This document shows positions 1-10,200 of a stretch of DNA of 64,000 nucleotides, piece by piece (the first letter of the stretch is position 1; every line of letters starts with the position of its first letter). Source of the stretch: an uncultured Pseudomonadota bacterium (GTDB lineage: Bacteria; Pseudomonadota; Alphaproteobacteria; Rhizobiales; Xanthobacteraceae); contig OY969085.1 in NCBI GenBank assembly GCA_963697535.1, positions 509,180 to 573,179 on the forward strand. The letters run 5' to 3'. Under the pieces are notes generated by a model. That model saw only the letters and a program-made list of their open reading frames with translations. It did no database searches and had not been told where the DNA came from. The position numbers and the translations under genes were made by a program.

Positions 1-824
1 TAATTTCCGTCATCGTCACCAGCTATAACCGCGAGGACGCGCTCGACGCGGTGTTGCGTTCGCTCGCGCATCAGACGGACGCGGATTTTGAAGTCGTGGT
101 GGCGGATGACGGCTCGGGCCCGGCGACGACAAGTTTGATCGAGATGTGGAAGGCAAAGCTTGGTCATCGCGTCGCACATGTCTGGCATGAGGATCGCGGT
201 TTTCGTGCGGCGGAAATCCGCAACCGCGCGGTGCTGGCTTCGCAAGGGGCTTATTGCATCTTTCTCGATGGCGATTGTATCGTGCGGGCGAATTTTGTGG
301 CGGCTCACCGGCGGCTCGCCGAATCTGGCCGCTTTGTTACGGGTAATCGCGTGCTGTTGTCGCCAAATGCGACTGAGAAAGTGCTGCGCGAGCGGTTGGA
401 GCCGGAAAACTGGGGTATTGAACGCTGGCTGCGGGAACGCCGGCATGGCGGTGTCAACCGCTTGTCCGCGCTCTTATACCTGCCGCTCGGCCCGTTGCGG
501 CGCATTCGGACGCGCGCCTGGCAGGGAGCGCGATCATGCAATCTCGCCATTTGGCGATCCGACCTTGAACGCGTGGATGGCTTCGATGCCGACTACATCG
601 GTTGGGGTAAGGAAGATTCCGACATTATCATCCGTCTCTTGCACGCTGGGATACGGCGCAAAGATGGCTCCTTTGCAACCGGCGTCATTCATCTTTGGCA
701 CGCGGAAGCAGACCGGTCGCGGCTCGACGAGAACCAATTAAAATTGGCACGCGTGATGCGCGACGATCATGTTCGAGCAAATCGCGGATTATCCTCACTC
801 CGACTAAACAGCGAACCGGGATGA
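1..824 (+). CDS. Glycosyltransferase family 2 (5' end lies outside window)
   Basis: The frame is open from base 3 (ISVIVTSYNREDAL...). It has a 'VVVADDGSGP' nucleotide-sugar binding region and a C-terminal 'GWGKEDSD' motif typical of GT2 with a GT7C-like tail. Confidence 0.8.
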   Translation, partial: ISVIVTSYNREDALDAVLRSLAHQTDADFEVVVADDGSGPATTSLIEMWKAKLGHRVAHVWHEDRGFRAAEIRNRAVLASQGAYCIFLDGDCIVRANFVAAHRRLAESGRFVTGNRVLLSPNATEKVLRERLEPENWGIERWLRERRHGGVNRLSALLYLPLGPLRRIRTRAWQGARSCNLAIWRSDLERVDGFDADYIGWGKEDSDIIIRLLHAGIRRKDGSFATGVIHLWHAEADRSRLDENQLKLARVMRDDHVRANRGLSSLRLNSEPG

Positions 825-2071
825 AGAAGAAAGGCTTGTCGATGGACCTTCCGACAAAAAAATTGCATGGTGTCACCGACGGCTTGATCCTTGCGGTGGC
901 CGTATCGTTGCCGTGGTCGACATCGGCAACTGGTATTTTTATTGGATTTTGGCTCGCTCTTTCGCTGGCCGTGCTCGACTTTCAATCGCTGCGTCGCATA
1001 TTGCGCACGTCCGCCGGCGGCCTTCCGGTTCTGCTGGTGCTTCTCGGGGTCGCGGGCATGTTTTGGGCCGATGTGACCTGGTTTGAGCGTTTGAAAGGTC
1101 TCGCCTCATTTTCCAAATTGCTGCTCATTCCGGTCTTGTTGAGCCAATTCGAACGTTCGAAGCGCGCGGATTGGGTATTCGGCGGATATCTCCTTTCCTG
1201 TGTTGTATTGTTGCTCGCCTCCTACGTTTGGGCTTTTTGGCCGGGCACGCTGGCGCATTTTTCCGACGCCTACGGCGTGCCGGTGAAGAATGGTCCCACA
1301 CAAAGCGGCGAGTTCGTCACCTGCGTTTTTGGGCTGACATATATCGCCTACGAGGCGAGCACAGAACAACAATGGCGCCGTTTTGCGGCATGTGCCGCGC
1401 TCATATTGGTCATGCTCGCGAATATTACCTTCGTTACCAACGGCCGGACAGCACTCGTCGTCCTTCTTGCTTTGTTGGCAGTGTTTGCATTCAAACAACT
1501 AAGCGCCCGTAAAGTTTTTATGCTATTTGCAACCACTGTAGCGGTCGCGGCGCTGACTTGGTTTGCCTCTCCCTATTTACGCCATCGAACCGAACAAATT
1601 TGGACGGACTATCAAAAGTATGAAATGAACAATCAACGGACGTCATCAGGTGAACGCGTTGAATTTGCCAAAAAATCTATCGAATTCATTCGTGCGGCGC
1701 CGGTCATCGGATACGGCACGGGCTCAATTCACTCGGTATTTTCCAAAGCATCGATAGGACAGACCGGAGCGAAAGGAACGGCGACAACCAATCCGCACAA
1801 CCAGACTTTTGCAGTGGCGATCCAACTCGGGATTCTCGGCGCCGTCGTATTATGGGCGATGTGGCTTGCGCATCTGCGCCTGTTTGGCGGCGCCGGATTG
1901 GCGGCGTGGATCGGTCTTGTCGTTGTCGTTCAAAATATCGTCGGCTCGTTATTCAATTCGCATTTGTTCGATTTTGTTCAGGGTTGGGTCTATGTGATCG
2001 GCGTCGGCGTTGCCGGCGGTGTTGTCCTAAAAAACCGGCTTGCAGCCGGACCGTCCGATATGACGTCGTGA
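821..2071 (+). CDS. O-antigen ligase / polymerase family membrane protein (Wzy_C-type)
   Basis: Polytopic hydrophobic ORF with an 'NPHNQTFAVAIQLGILG' motif. The ATG at 821 overlaps the upstream stop (ATGA). The ORF-track start at 695 is probably too far upstream. Confidence 0.75.
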   Translation: MKKKGLSMDLPTKKLHGVTDGLILAVAVSLPWSTSATGIFIGFWLALSLAVLDFQSLRRILRTSAGGLPVLLVLLGVAGMFWADVTWFERLKGLASFSKLLLIPVLLSQFERSKRADWVFGGYLLSCVVLLLASYVWAFWPGTLAHFSDAYGVPVKNGPTQSGEFVTCVFGLTYIAYEASTEQQWRRFAACAALILVMLANITFVTNGRTALVVLLALLAVFAFKQLSARKVFMLFATTVAVAALTWFASPYLRHRTEQIWTDYQKYEMNNQRTSSGERVEFAKKSIEFIRAAPVIGYGTGSIHSVFSKASIGQTGAKGTATTNPHNQTFAVAIQLGILGAVVLWAMWLAHLRLFGGAGLAAWIGLVVVVQNIVGSLFNSHLFDFVQGWVYVIGVGVAGGVVLKNRLAAGPSDMTS

Positions 2072-3144
2072 CGAGGGTAGACCCCATCGCGCTCGCCGAG
2101 CGGCCGCGTATCCTGGTGATTGCGTTACGCAGGCTCGGTGATGTGCTGCTGACCACGCCATTGATCCGCAGCTTGCGGCACGCATTTGCCGACGCCATGA
2201 TCGACGTGCTGGTCTTTGCCGACACGGCCGGGATTCTCGCCGGCAATCCGGACGTAGACCATGTCGTCGCGATGCCGGCGCGGCCATCGGCAAGGCAGAG
2301 CATGGCGCTGGCGGCGCGGCTTTTCAGAAAATATGATCTCGCCATTTCCACGCAAAGCGGCGATAGGCCGGTTGCGTTCGCCATTTTGGCCGGACGTAAG
2401 CGTGTCGCTCCGGTGGAGGATCGGTTGAGTGGCCGCCTGAAGCGCGCGCTGCTTCAGCGCAATATTCCGGTGTTAGGCGGCGTTCACCGTGTCGACGACC
2501 TTCTACGGCTGGCTGACGCGCTGGGTATTCCTCGAATTGCGGACGTCGTAGCGCCGTGTGCCGCTTTCCTTGAGGAACGGCCGGCCGGCAATTACGCCGT
2601 TGTTCATGCGGCCCCTTTGTTTCGCTACAAGCAGTGGACGAGAAGCGGCTGGCGCGACGTGGCTGCCGCGCTTCTCACGCGCGATCTCAATGTCGTTGCG
2701 ACCGGCGGGCCGGCCGATGCGGAACGCCGTTATCTCGATGACGTCTGGACGGGAATGAATGTCCGCCGTTTTGACGGTCGTCTCGATTGGGGACAGTTGG
2801 CGGGATTGCTCGCCAAAGCGCGCGTCTATGTCGGACCCGATACATCGGTGACCCACCTTGCCGCTGCAACCGGATGCCCCACGATCGCGCTGTATGGCCC
2901 AACCGATCCGCGCCTGTGGGGGCCATGGCCCGTCGGCGGGCTCGATCAATATTGGGCGGCGCGCGGACCTATTCAGCGCCGTGGCAACGTTTGGCTGGTG
3001 CAGCACGCGTTTGCCTGCACACCGTGTCAGCTGGAAGGGTGTGAGCGGCGCATTGAGAGCTTCAGCGCGTGTTTGGATGGGTTGCCGTCGCAATCGGTCA
3101 TTACGGCGATGGAGGAGGCGCTTGCTGCCGGATCCGCGCGCTAA
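2068..3144 (+). CDS. Glycosyltransferase family 9 (heptosyltransferase-like)
   Basis: The N-terminus 'RILVIALRRLGDVLLTTPLIRSLR' and 'GPDTSVTHLAAATGCP' are GT9 hallmarks. The GTG at 2068 overlaps the upstream stop (GTGA). Confidence 0.75.
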   Translation: MTRVDPIALAERPRILVIALRRLGDVLLTTPLIRSLRHAFADAMIDVLVFADTAGILAGNPDVDHVVAMPARPSARQSMALAARLFRKYDLAISTQSGDRPVAFAILAGRKRVAPVEDRLSGRLKRALLQRNIPVLGGVHRVDDLLRLADALGIPRIADVVAPCAAFLEERPAGNYAVVHAAPLFRYKQWTRSGWRDVAAALLTRDLNVVATGGPADAERRYLDDVWTGMNVRRFDGRLDWGQLAGLLAKARVYVGPDTSVTHLAAATGCPTIALYGPTDPRLWGPWPVGGLDQYWAARGPIQRRGNVWLVQHAFACTPCQLEGCERRIESFSACLDGLPSQSVITAMEEALAAGSAR

Positions 3145-4169
3145 CCGATTTTGTTCCTTGTGCGCGCAAATGTGATCAATAATCCCGCGACGAGCACGCA
3201 TCCGGCAGGCAGGCAGACAACATGTATTGCGCGCGAGGAGGAAATAAGCGTCAAGCTCGCCAGACCGGCCAAAGCAAGATTGACCACGAATACGCGTGCG
3301 ACGATCTGGAAAGCACTAAAGCCGTTATTCGTCGCTCGCTGATAAAAATGGCTGCGGTGTGCTTTCATCAGGGGCGCGCCGTTTTTTAGGCGGCGCATTA
3401 GTGTGATGGTTGCATCCGCAAGGTAATATAACGGCAGCAATAGCGCCGCGGTGAGATGCTCGCCGGCAAGCAGAACGAGCAGCCAGCCGAGCAGCAGGCC
3501 GATCGGCAGGCTGCCCACATCGCCAAGAAATAGCCTGGCGACGGGGCGGTTGAAGGGGGCAAATCCGATCATCGCGCCGCAGAGCGTCAGCGAAACCAAA
3601 GCGGCTTCATGCGGAAGGGCGTTCATCGTCCCGAAAAACGCCAGCGCTCCTGTGACCGGCACGATCTCGGCAACGCTCATCCAGTCGATGCCGTCCATGA
3701 AATTGACGAGATTGATGAACCAGAGCAGGCCGACAAACATCAGCGCGCGTTCCAGCCACAACGGCAAGGCCGGAAATATCTGGAGCGCAGGCGGCAGCGA
3801 CAGCAGCGCGATAATGACCGCGATGGACTGAAGTAACAGCCGCGCGGGCACGCCAAGAGGATGGATGTCGTCCACCCCGCCGGTCACCGCCAATCCGAGG
3901 ATGCTTGCCGAGACGGCTGCCAATCTAAGCGGCTCGGCAAAGGAGGCCGGCATGAACGGGCTGGCACCTGCCAGCACAATGGCTGTGGCGCCGATCACTG
4001 CAATGCCGCCCCCTTGCGGCGTGGGCTTTTGGTGAGACGAACGGGCGTTGGGACGGGCCAAGGCATAGCGAACGAGGAGCGGCCGCAAAACCAAGATGAG
4101 TCCGGCGCTGGTCAGCGCAGCAGCGCCAAACAGCGCGAATAAGTCGGCCGCTTGCAACAATGCAGACAT
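3141..4169 (-). CDS. Polyprenyl-phosphate HexNAc-1-phosphate transferase (MraY/WecA family, initiating transferase)
   Basis: Multi-TM protein with an 'FINLVNFMDGIDW' motif and a 'GDVGSLPIG' region. Confidence 0.8.
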   Translation of the reverse strand: MSALLQAADLFALFGAAALTSAGLILVLRPLLVRYALARPNARSSHQKPTPQGGGIAVIGATAIVLAGASPFMPASFAEPLRLAAVSASILGLAVTGGVDDIHPLGVPARLLLQSIAVIIALLSLPPALQIFPALPLWLERALMFVGLLWFINLVNFMDGIDWMSVAEIVPVTGALAFFGTMNALPHEAALVSLTLCGAMIGFAPFNRPVARLFLGDVGSLPIGLLLGWLLVLLAGEHLTAALLLPLYYLADATITLMRRLKNGAPLMKAHRSHFYQRATNNGFSAFQIVARVFVVNLALAGLASLTLISSSRAIHVVCLPAGCVLVAGLLITFARTRNKIG

Positions 4170-4249
4170 TCACTTGCGCCGTTGTTGCGCCACATTTTTT
4201 GTTGTATCTCCAATCGCATCTTTCCACGAGACGTGCAATCCGAGATTGG

Positions 4250-5632
4250 ATGATGAGTCTGTCCGCCTGGTATTGCGGTTGGCGCGCGCGGACCGTCAGC
4301 CGATTGAGAGCGCGTTTGTCGTCACTCCATCACGCGCATTTCAAAATCGCCAAAGGTATCGGCTGGACGCTTTTTTTCGTCGTCATCGCCCGGCTCATCG
4401 GGGCGGGACGGGAAATGGCGATGGCCGCGCATTATGGCGTGAGCGAGATCGTCGACGCTTATCTGTTTGTGTTTAATTTGCTGAGCTGGCCGTTCACGGT
4501 GTGGTTTAGCGCGCTCAGCGTAGTGCTCGTCCCAACCGTGATGCGGTTGCACCACAATGGCGATGGAGCGGTTGCGTTGCAACGATTTCGTTCCGGCTTG
4601 CTGGGGGTATCGATCATTATTGGCATAATTTTCGCCACTTTATTTTGGCTGTTGCTGAGTACCGGCCTGCTTTTGCCATATATCGGTTTTCCAGCTTCTA
4701 CCGCGGCGCTTGCGCGCACGATGGCCAATTGGCTCGCGCCAATGGTCCCGTTCGGATTCGTTGTCTCATTTTATTCCGCCTGGGTGATGGCGACCGGTCG
4801 ATATATAAACACGCTGATTGAAGCGGTTCCGCCGTTGGCAATTATGGTGGCGGTTATCCTATTCGCGAACGGGGGCGTTGTGCCTTTGGCGTCGGGGACG
4901 CTGGTCGGCTTCATTCTGCAGGTCCTGATGCTGGTGGCCGTCCTTCGCAAAAGCGGAGAGACGACCGCACCTGTATTTACGGGCGGGGGACCCGAATGGC
5001 GCCAGTTTTGGCGCAACATCGGAGTGATGGCCACGGGCCACGCTCTCATCGCAGCTTCGGTCGTTATCGACCAAGTAATGGCCGCCGCGCTCGACCCAGG
5101 CACAATTGCGACGCTCGGTTATGCCAATCGCATCGTCGCACTCATGCTTTCTTTGATTGCACTCACGGTGAATCGCTCGATTCTGCCGATCTTTTCAGGC
5201 ATGCGTGCCGGCCGTGACCCGTCGTTATCACGCTTGGCGATGCAATGGTCGGCCTTTTTGTTTTTGGGTGGTGCTGCCACAGCTATCGTCGCCTTGTGGT
5301 TCGCGCCCTCCCTCGTGGCACAGTTGTTCCAGCGTGGTGCTTTTACGGCCGAGAATACGCGAGCGGTCTCCGCGGTATTCTCTTTTGCGCTTTTCCAGAT
5401 CCCATTTTACTGTGGTGGGTTGGTTTTGACCGCGTTGCTCGGGGCATCGGGCCGCTATGGCATGATTGCCTCTCTCGCCGCAACGAACCTGCTGGTCAAG
5501 ATTATGATGAACTGGCTTCTAATTCCCTCATTTGGCGCGGCTGGCATCGCGCTTGCGACAGGCGTTATGTATGCACTCTCGTTTTTGGTTAAAACCTTTT
5601 TGGTATCCAGATACAACCACAGACTATTTTAA
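4250..5632 (+). CDS. MurJ/MviN-like MOP-superfamily flippase (glycan-locus paralog)
   Basis: About 14 predicted TM stretches. The N-terminal pattern 'ARLIGAGREMAMAAHYGVSEIVDAY' parallels the MurJ 'R.LGF.R....A..FG.....DAF' pattern. The start is uncertain (4160 or 4250). Confidence 0.65.
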   Translation: MMSLSAWYCGWRARTVSRLRARLSSLHHAHFKIAKGIGWTLFFVVIARLIGAGREMAMAAHYGVSEIVDAYLFVFNLLSWPFTVWFSALSVVLVPTVMRLHHNGDGAVALQRFRSGLLGVSIIIGIIFATLFWLLLSTGLLLPYIGFPASTAALARTMANWLAPMVPFGFVVSFYSAWVMATGRYINTLIEAVPPLAIMVAVILFANGGVVPLASGTLVGFILQVLMLVAVLRKSGETTAPVFTGGGPEWRQFWRNIGVMATGHALIAASVVIDQVMAAALDPGTIATLGYANRIVALMLSLIALTVNRSILPIFSGMRAGRDPSLSRLAMQWSAFLFLGGAATAIVALWFAPSLVAQLFQRGAFTAENTRAVSAVFSFALFQIPFYCGGLVLTALLGASGRYGMIASLAATNLLVKIMMNWLLIPSFGAAGIALATGVMYALSFLVKTFLVSRYNHRLF

Positions 5633-5692
5633 TTGAATAATTAAACCGCTAGTAGCATAAACTTTTGCCGCAGAAGTGGAAACGGCAGAAGT

Positions 5693-6580
5693 ATGAAGCT
5701 TCCGAATTTTCTCATTGTTGGTGCTGCGAAGTCAGGTACGACCTCGCTTTACGAATATTTGCGGACACATCCCCAGATATTCATGCCCGGGATAAAAGAG
5801 CCTGCTCATTTTGACGAGAAAGTAGTGGGCGGGATCCACTCATGGGAAGAATATTGCTGCTTATTCAAACAGGCTGACGGGTTTAAGCGAGTCGGCGAAG
5901 CATCCGTTTCTTATTTGATGTCAACGGAAGCGCCGGAGCGCATCGAACATACCCTAGGCAAAAAAATCGACATCATCGTAGTGATACGCAATCCGATCGA
6001 GATGGCATATTCCCTTTGGGGTCAACGAGTGCGAGAAGGTATGGAGCGACTTAATTTTTTCGACGCGGTCAACGACGAGCCGCGTCGTTTGAACACATCA
6101 ACCGGAGACTGGCAATTTAGGTCGACATATATAACCCGAGCCCGCTACGCGCCGCAGCTTCAACGTTATTTCGATCGATTTGGCCGTGAACGCGTGCATG
6201 TTTTTTTGTTCGAGGAGTTTTTCAAACCCGGTCTCCCCCTCTACAGAACGTTGTTGGAGGTTCTCCATGTCGATCCAAACCATCGCCCGATCGAGGCAGC
6301 TCACAACAAGGCGGGGAGCGTCAGATCCACTTGTGTTCGGCGGATACTCAATGAGCGCATGGTATGGAAAGAGCCTCTTAAACGTATCATTCCAAAGCCT
6401 GCCCGAGACCGCATGATCAATACTTTGACGCAACTCAATCGCGTCAACCGGCCGCTGCCACCGATGCCTCCGGAGGCCAGGCGCTTACTTTGGAAAGAAC
6501 TCACAACCGATGTTGACCGGGTCTCAAAACAGTTAAACCGAGATCTAAGGGCTATCTGGCAGTTTGATGCACATTTGTGA
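5693..6580 (+). CDS. Sulfotransferase-domain protein
   Basis: The N-terminus 'LPNFLIVGAAKSGTTSLYEYL' is a 5'-PSB PAPS-binding loop, and the 'VVIRNPIEMAYS' region is 3'-PB-like. Confidence 0.8.
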   Translation: MKLPNFLIVGAAKSGTTSLYEYLRTHPQIFMPGIKEPAHFDEKVVGGIHSWEEYCCLFKQADGFKRVGEASVSYLMSTEAPERIEHTLGKKIDIIVVIRNPIEMAYSLWGQRVREGMERLNFFDAVNDEPRRLNTSTGDWQFRSTYITRARYAPQLQRYFDRFGRERVHVFLFEEFFKPGLPLYRTLLEVLHVDPNHRPIEAAHNKAGSVRSTCVRRILNERMVWKEPLKRIIPKPARDRMINTLTQLNRVNRPLPPMPPEARRLLWKELTTDVDRVSKQLNRDLRAIWQFDAHL

Positions 6581-6649
6581 GTCCTTGAGGCTTGTAAGGC
6601 CTAATTCCGAATTAGCAGTCGAAAGTATTCAGCTCGATGTGATCTCTTA

Positions 6650-7552
6650 ATGAAAAAACCAAACTTCTTCATTGTTGGTGCGCCGAAATGCGGTACAACG
6701 GCGCTTGCTCGTTATCTAAGTGAGCACCCGAATGTTTTTATGTCTGCCATTAAGGAATCGCATTATTTTGCACACGACTTTCCGCGGCTTCGGTATGCCA
6801 CTGAGGAGACTGACTATCTTGCGATGTTTGACGGTGCAACAGATAGGCATCTGCGTATTGGAGAAGCATCTGGATTTTATTTTTTATCGCAAGTAGCCAT
6901 TAAAAAGATCAGAGCCTTTAATCGGCATGCAAAGCTTATCGTCATGCTGAGAAACCCTCTGGAAATGGTTCGTTCGTTCCATTCTCAACTATTGTACAGC
7001 CGAGAGGAGCAAGTAACGGATTTTGCCGAAGCTTGGCGTTTAATAGAAACACGAAAAAAAGGCCACGCCATTCCAAAAAATTGCCGCGAAGCAAAAATAT
7101 TATATTACGATGAAGTTGGCAGATTTGGGGAGCAGCTGGAAAGGCTGCTGGCTCAATTTCCAAGAGATCATGTTATGATCATATTTTACGAGGATTTTTC
7201 CAGCAATACGTCGTCCGTGTACTGCGCCGCTCTTGATTTTCTCGGATTGCCAAATGATCGCCGCTACAACTTTCCGGTTATCAATGCGCACAAGCAGCAT
7301 AGGTCAGACATAGTGGCGCAATTTACCCAGAAGACGCCCACCCATTTGGCACGGGCCGCCATGGAGCTGAAAAGGGTCTTGGGTATAAAAAAATGGGGCG
7401 CGCTTGATTTCTTGCGCTCCGCCAATCGGGTCGACAAACCTCGTGAGCCGCTCGAATACCGGCTCCGACAACAAATTGCCGATTGTTATCGTGATGACAT
7501 CGCAAAGCTCTCGGCTATTACAGGGCGCAATCTAAGCGGGTGGTTACATTGA
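6650..7552 (+). CDS. Sulfotransferase-domain protein (paralog of the preceding gene)
   Basis: 'KPNFFIVGAPKCGTTALARYL' and 'VMLRNPLEMVRSFHSQ' match the motifs of the upstream paralog. Confidence 0.8.
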   Translation: MKKPNFFIVGAPKCGTTALARYLSEHPNVFMSAIKESHYFAHDFPRLRYATEETDYLAMFDGATDRHLRIGEASGFYFLSQVAIKKIRAFNRHAKLIVMLRNPLEMVRSFHSQLLYSREEQVTDFAEAWRLIETRKKGHAIPKNCREAKILYYDEVGRFGEQLERLLAQFPRDHVMIIFYEDFSSNTSSVYCAALDFLGLPNDRRYNFPVINAHKQHRSDIVAQFTQKTPTHLARAAMELKRVLGIKKWGALDFLRSANRVDKPREPLEYRLRQQIADCYRDDIAKLSAITGRNLSGWLH

Positions 7553-7603
7553 ATAAAGACCATCGCAAAATCGCGGCCGCAATTTAATTGAGGGAACTGG
7601 TCG

Positions 7604-8500
7604 ATGTCTGGACGTTTGACCGAAGTCGACTATTGGGATCGACTATGGGATGGACGTCCGATTCCGTGGCCGCTCGACCCAAATGATCATCGGCTTAATA
7701 ACTTTATAAATATGGAATTTCACCGTTTTTTTAAACGTGTGATCGGACAAATAGCGCCGTTCAACCACAAAGGCATGTACTTCATTGAAGTGGGTTGCGG
7801 TGGATCGATTATTCTTCCCTATTTTTATCAAGCGCACGGATTTCAGGTTGCCGGTCTCGACTATTCCCCGAATGGCTGTGATTCCTCTCGAGCCATCAAT
7901 GCCCAAGCCCGTGTTCCGGCGGATATTCGCCAAGGTGATATGTTCGATCCTCCGTCTGACATGATTGGCGCGTTTGATATCGTCTTTTCTTCGGGGCTTG
8001 TGGAGCATTTTCGTCCCACGACGGCAGCGGTCGAGGCGCTGGCGCGCTTTTGCAAGCCGGGTGGATTTATGATAACAATCATACCGAATTTGGCTGGCGC
8101 GCTCGGTGCTCTTCAACGGTTCTTGAATAAACCGATCTACGATCTTCACGTCCCCTTGGATCAAAATAATCTCGTGGACGCCCACCGCGATTGCGGCCTG
8201 GATATAATTGATTGCGGTTTGATCGGAACGATTAATCTCAATGTTCTCAATTTCGGAGGGGGTGGTTCGCGTCTCTCACCTCAAATAGGCCAACGTCTGA
8301 CGTCATGGATCAGCAAGGCTGTTTGGATCCTACTTCGTGGGGTTCCTGAAATTCCGAACCGTTGGTTTTCACCTTACATCGCTTGCGTAGCAAGAAAGCA
8401 GACCTCTAGTGGTCCGATTCAAACATTCGCCACCCATTTCGGCGGCGATCTTTTGCGAATGTTTGAATCGAAAGACCATGAGCCAAATATAAGTTTCTAG
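7604..8500 (+). CDS. Class I SAM-dependent methyltransferase; the last ~30 codons and the stop are supplied by a MITE
   Basis: 'FIEVGCGGSI' (motif I), '...GLDYS' and 'KPGGFMITI' are present. The reading frame runs into the repeat element starting at 8406 (tail '...SSGPIQTFATHFGGDLLRMFESKDHEPNISF'). Confidence 0.7.
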   Translation: MSGRLTEVDYWDRLWDGRPIPWPLDPNDHRLNNFINMEFHRFFKRVIGQIAPFNHKGMYFIEVGCGGSIILPYFYQAHGFQVAGLDYSPNGCDSSRAINAQARVPADIRQGDMFDPPSDMIGAFDIVFSSGLVEHFRPTTAAVEALARFCKPGGFMITIIPNLAGALGALQRFLNKPIYDLHVPLDQNNLVDAHRDCGLDIIDCGLIGTINLNVLNFGGGGSRLSPQIGQRLTSWISKAVWILLRGVPEIPNRWFSPYIACVARKQTSSGPIQTFATHFGGDLLRMFESKDHEPNISF

Positions 8501-8575
8501 TGGAGTTTTGGATTTGACATTCGCTTCGCGAGCTTGCGGCCAGGTGGGTAGCGAATGTCAAATCCACTCCACTAG
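8406..8575. mobile_element. MITE-like 170-bp double-hairpin element, CTAG at both ends (copy 1, orientation A-B)
   Basis: Hairpin A pairs gattcaaacattcgc with gcgaatgtttgaatc. Hairpin B pairs ctagtggag..ggatttgacattcgc with gcgaatgtcaaatcc..ctccactag. The element is near-identical to copies at 24533-24701 (inverted) and 60722-60891. Confidence 0.85.
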
Positions 8576-8655
8576 GCTTTCATGACCATTCAATTGGTTC
8601 TTGGGCGGCGGCGCTTTCGCCAAAGCGAACGCGCGGGGCACACGATCGTGGATGT

Positions 8656-9294
8656 TTGATGTTACAAAAATTACGACCTTTTCGAATTTGGAAATCAATC
8701 CGATACCGTACCGCGCGATGGGGCGGCCCGGCTACTTTTGTAGCATTTTGGCTGTCGTTTAGGTGGCGATGTCGCGTTTCCCGGCGGGCGCGAATACGTT
8801 GGCCTTATTCCCTTAAGATTGGAGCGGGCACCTGGATCGGGGAATGCTTCATCACGGCGTCCGGATCGGGTATCTCAATTGGAGAGAATTGTGAAATCTT
8901 CGACGGAGCATACTTGAACTCTCAGAATGGATTTATTCGGATGGGTTCGTGCACGGGAATCGGACCGTATACTTTGGCATATGGTGGGGCGGGCCTGACG
9001 ATCGGTGACTATTGCGCAATTGCTGGCCATTCTGTTTTAATTCCCGCCAATCACAAATTCGATCGTACCGATGTTCCGATCCGCCAACAGGGGACTCGCG
9101 GCAAAGGAATCACTATCGAGCGTGACTGTTGGGTTGCGGCCAACTGTGTCATTCTCGACGGTGCCCATATTGAAGAGGGGTGTGTCATCGGTGCTTCGTC
9201 GGTCGTCCGCGGCCGGATTCCTCGAATGTCTGTTGCGGTCGGTGCGCCGGCAATCGTTAGGAAGACAAGGGGCGAGAGGCACACTAAGCCATGA
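8656..9294 (+). CDS. Hexapeptide-repeat (LbH) O-acetyltransferase
   Basis: Left-handed beta-helix repeats: 'IGDYCAIAGHSVLIPANH...GITIERDCWVAANCVILDGAHIEEGCVIGASSVV'. Confidence 0.8.
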   Translation: MMLQKLRPFRIWKSIRYRTARWGGPATFVAFWLSFRWRCRVSRRARIRWPYSLKIGAGTWIGECFITASGSGISIGENCEIFDGAYLNSQNGFIRMGSCTGIGPYTLAYGGAGLTIGDYCAIAGHSVLIPANHKFDRTDVPIRQQGTRGKGITIERDCWVAANCVILDGAHIEEGCVIGASSVVRGRIPRMSVAVGAPAIVRKTRGERHTKP

Positions 9295-9306
9295 ATTGCC
9301 GCGTTT

Positions 9307-10197
9307 GTGGCGTGGTCATTAGCGTGCGTGCCGGCGAGGGACGAGTCGAAGATGACGATGCATTTTCTGACAATTTGTCAGGCATTATTGGAACAACCAG
9401 GATCAACCCCCGATATCGTCGACACTTCATATTTTAAAAGAATTCGATTGTCGAACGGGGTCTACCGGACCACGACGCGGCGTCGCCTTGATGACGTCAA
9501 TGCTGCGGCCTTGCCGTTCATAAGGATACATCGTTTGCCGGCGATTTTGGATGTCGGGGCAAGTTCCGGCATCTCGTCTGCCGAATGGAGCGCGGCTCTT
9601 GATGAAAGCGGCGTTGATCATACGCTCCATGTTGCCGATTTGGTTATGTGGGGTTCGTGGACGGCTTGGAATGGACTGACGTTTCTCTATGAACCCGGCG
9701 TTTCTCCCTATTTGTTGCAGGCGGATATTGCCGAATTCGCATTTCCAAGTTCGTCGGGGTCACTGTGGCGCGCTTGCGTTTTTCGTATTATTAAAGCCGT
9801 GATGCCGCATCGGCTATTGGCACGCTTGGCAAAGCCGGTGATGCTGGTCGGGCCGGCGATCAGGCGGCGCGCCGAAAGCAATAGCCACATTTCTTTTCAC
9901 CAGTTCGACGTATTTGAAAGCCCGCCTCGCCTCGAGGGTGCGCCTTTTCAAGTCATACGCGCGGCGAATCTGCTTAACAAAGTCTATTTTTCGGATGATA
10001 AATTGCTCGTCGGACTGAAAAATCTTCTATCGCTTCTCGATTTTGGCGGCGTTCTCGTTTTGGCGCGCACACTCGACGATGGAAGCAATCACGCTTCAAT
10101 ATATGTTCGGTCGCAAAATGGCCTGGATCGCGTGGCGGTGGTCGGAACGGGCTACAAGTCCGATCATCTTGTGACTCAGCTCAACGCGTCCAAATAA
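9307..10197 (+). CDS. Hypothetical protein, possible SAM-dependent methyltransferase fold
   Basis: Long ORF with host-like codon usage. 'ILDVGASSG' resembles methyltransferase motif I. The start is uncertain, and a short 'MNCRVCG...' ORF starts at 9292 in another frame. Confidence 0.5.
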   Translation: MAWSLACVPARDESKMTMHFLTICQALLEQPGSTPDIVDTSYFKRIRLSNGVYRTTTRRRLDDVNAAALPFIRIHRLPAILDVGASSGISSAEWSAALDESGVDHTLHVADLVMWGSWTAWNGLTFLYEPGVSPYLLQADIAEFAFPSSSGSLWRACVFRIIKAVMPHRLLARLAKPVMLVGPAIRRRAESNSHISFHQFDVFESPPRLEGAPFQVIRAANLLNKVYFSDDKLLVGLKNLLSLLDFGGVLVLARTLDDGSNHASIYVRSQNGLDRVAVVGTGYKSDHLVTQLNASK

Positions 10198-10200
10198 CAA

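Noticed and set aside
9292-9438. A short ORF, MNCRVCG..., that could be a zinc-ribbon N-terminus of the 9307-10197 gene joined by a frameshift.
   Set aside because: Only one CxxC pair is present, and there is no clear continuation of similarity across frames. I cannot support another frameshift call.
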